A DNA stretch of 62,233 bases from Macrostomum lignano (Eukaryota). Within the stretch, counting starts at the first letter, position 1. Each line of letters starts with the position of its first letter. The notes beneath the pieces were generated by a model. That model made no database searches. It was not told the DNA's origin and worked only from the letters and a program-made list of their open reading frames with translations. The position numbers and the translations under genes are program-made. The stretch covers positions 1-62,233 of the forward strand of contig NIVC01004059.1 of the NCBI GenBank assembly GCA_002269645.1. The letters run 5' to 3'. Below are positions 60,600 through 62,233 of the stretch, in pieces.

Positions 60600-61521
60600 G
60601 TTTCCCGAACCCGACTGGTCCCACCGACGATAGCAGCGGTTGCGCATGTGCCCTCACTGGCCACACTCCCGGCAGACCACTGCATTACGGCACCGAGCCG
60701 TAGTATGACCTGTCTGCAGGCACCGGCCACACTGCCACTGCTGCTGACTCTGATCAGGAGCTCGATGCTGCGAGCTCACTTTCGGCTGCTCAGACCTCGC
60801 CGTCGCCATCGGCACGGTGGGCGCTGAAGCACTTGCCTTTAACTGAGCCGCTTCCGCTCTCAGAGCCGCTATCTCCGCGGCTGCCCTGGACTCCTGACTG
60901 TTGCCAGCCGCTGCGGCCTGACCCCCCACCATGTGCACAGCTCGCTTGCCCTCAGGCTCTAGCAGAGCCAACGATGCCCTGACCTGACGCACCCGCCTAA
61001 TAGCGTCCTGGAGCGTCTCTGGAGCTTGCAGCAGCACGCTCTCCAGCACCCAGGCTGGCACTCGAATCCCCTTCAAGAACCTGTCTTTCACCAACTCTTC
61101 CCGCCTGGGCCGCTGGCAGCATTGGGTACGATTTTCTCATGAGCTCCTTAAGCACGTCTGCGTACTCTTCTATGGGCTCGCCCTCTTTCTGATTCCTACT
61201 CTGGAACTCCGTCTTGTAATCTTGATCAGTCCTATTCTCATCAAACCTAGCTTCTAGCTGCTCAACAAACTCATCATACGGCAAATCGTCGGCCAACTCA
61301 AGATTCGCAACGGCCTTAAAGGCGATATTAAAGTCAAGCAGACTGAGCAGCGCCTGCTTGCGCTAATCGTCTACAAAGTGAGCCGCCTCACAATACCCTG
61401 TGAACTGCTGCATCCAAAGGGCAAAGTCCTGTGTGGGCACATACTTATTCGGCCTCGCACCCGTCGTGCCACATTAAGCTCATTAAGTCAAGGCGTCAAT
61501 GAAATTATCTAAATTGGCCAT
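60600..61521 (-). pseudogene. Gypsy gag with two CCHC zinc knuckles
   Basis: ATG at 61521; FQSRNQKEGEPIEEYADVLKELMRKSYP; CGRCLQTGHTTARC and CRECGQ*GHMRNRC; internal stops and frameshifts. Confidence 0.85.
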
Positions 61522-61910
61522 GGCTACCAAGACAAACACGACAGCTCCAAAACACCGAGACAACCCAGACAAACAACACACAGAGACTCACGACCAAACT
61601 GACCACCGAGACAACACGCACAAACCTACTCACAGGCGCTAAGACAGCAGGGGAGAGGACCGGAATCCTGGTCACGGCAGGACTTGTCTCGGCCTAATGG
61701 CCGCTGGACGGGTCGGGGTTCGGTCCTCCGCCTGAGACACCCGGTCCCAGCCCTCTACCCCGGCTACTCCTACAACCGCCTCGCTCGGTTCGGCGAGAGT
61801 TCGCCGGCCCGACCACCCTGGGATCGGTGAGTGTTCGCCGTCCCAGGGCCCTACCAGCTCCCGGCCCCACGCGGCAACCCGGAAGACTAAAGCACGCGCT
61901 CACCTCTTGA

Positions 61911-62233
61911 TGTATCAGCTTATTAACGAAGCGTTAGAATTGGCGACGCGTTTATTGCACGAAGCAGTTATAGGCACAAAGCAGAGAGCAAAGTGACGCC
62001 GACGAACGGGATAGAATATAAACCAAAGAGAGGAAGGAGGAAGGAAAGGAAAATGTGGAGCGCAGCCCGCTGCAGGGCTAGCCTTTAAATAATATTACAC
62101 AAAAAAGGGGGGAGGGGTGGGGCAGAATAGAGAGGGCGAGCCAAACCCTGGGGCCCAGCCGGCTTATCAGCCAGCCAGCCTATACGAGCAGCCCAGGGTG
62201 AGGCGGAAAATGAGGGAAGGGGGGGCCAGCACC
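61911..62233 (-). mobile_element. 3' part of the 5' LTR of the Gypsy element (continues past the window end)
   Basis: On the minus strand: TATTTAAA (~62090-62083), pyrimidine-rich tract, AATAAA (61956-61951), ending ...GATACA at 61911. Boundary inferred without a second LTR. Confidence 0.6.

Larger units (their letters stand above)
57540..62233 (-). mobile_element. Decayed Ty3/Gypsy LTR retrotransposon: partial 5' LTR, gag, protease, RT, RNase H, integrase tail; integrase core deleted, 3' LTR not seen
   Basis: Domain order gag-PR-RT-RH-(INT) on the minus strand, with multiple stops and frameshifts. Left boundary approximate. Confidence 0.93.

Overview
Eukaryotic (metazoan) genomic DNA. By my rough sum of array spans, about half of the window is a patchwork of more than 35 micro- and minisatellite arrays (unit 2-52 bp). 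The repeat style and the ankyrin-Mab-21 gene resemble the flatworm Macrostomum; that is an inference, not a database result. Nearly all long ORFs in the supplied track are stop-free readings of tandem repeats and are not genes. The supportable content runs as follows. (1) A near-identical ~8.6-kb tandem duplication (6.8-11.3 kb vs 15.4-19.9 kb) that carries a 5'-truncated RNase-H-bearing LINE and an orphan 3' exon. (2) A 3-exon nuclear receptor gene (29125-31892, +, 391 aa) with an atypical P-box (CSACMN) and apparently no helix 12. (3) A disrupted ankyrin-repeat + Mab-21/cGAS-like nucleotidyltransferase gene (51480-47325, -). (4) A 1199-bp solo LTR with a 4-bp TSD. (5) An orphan hnRNP-A/Musashi-type RRM exon and a possible death-domain exon. 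(6) A decayed Ty3/Gypsy element (57.5 kb to the window end, -) lacking the integrase core. No rRNA, tRNA or CRISPR array is supportable. The best candidates for new biology are the ANK-cGLR locus with its neighbours, the divergent nuclear receptor, and families of minisatellites that share a conserved core but differ in unit length at distant sites.
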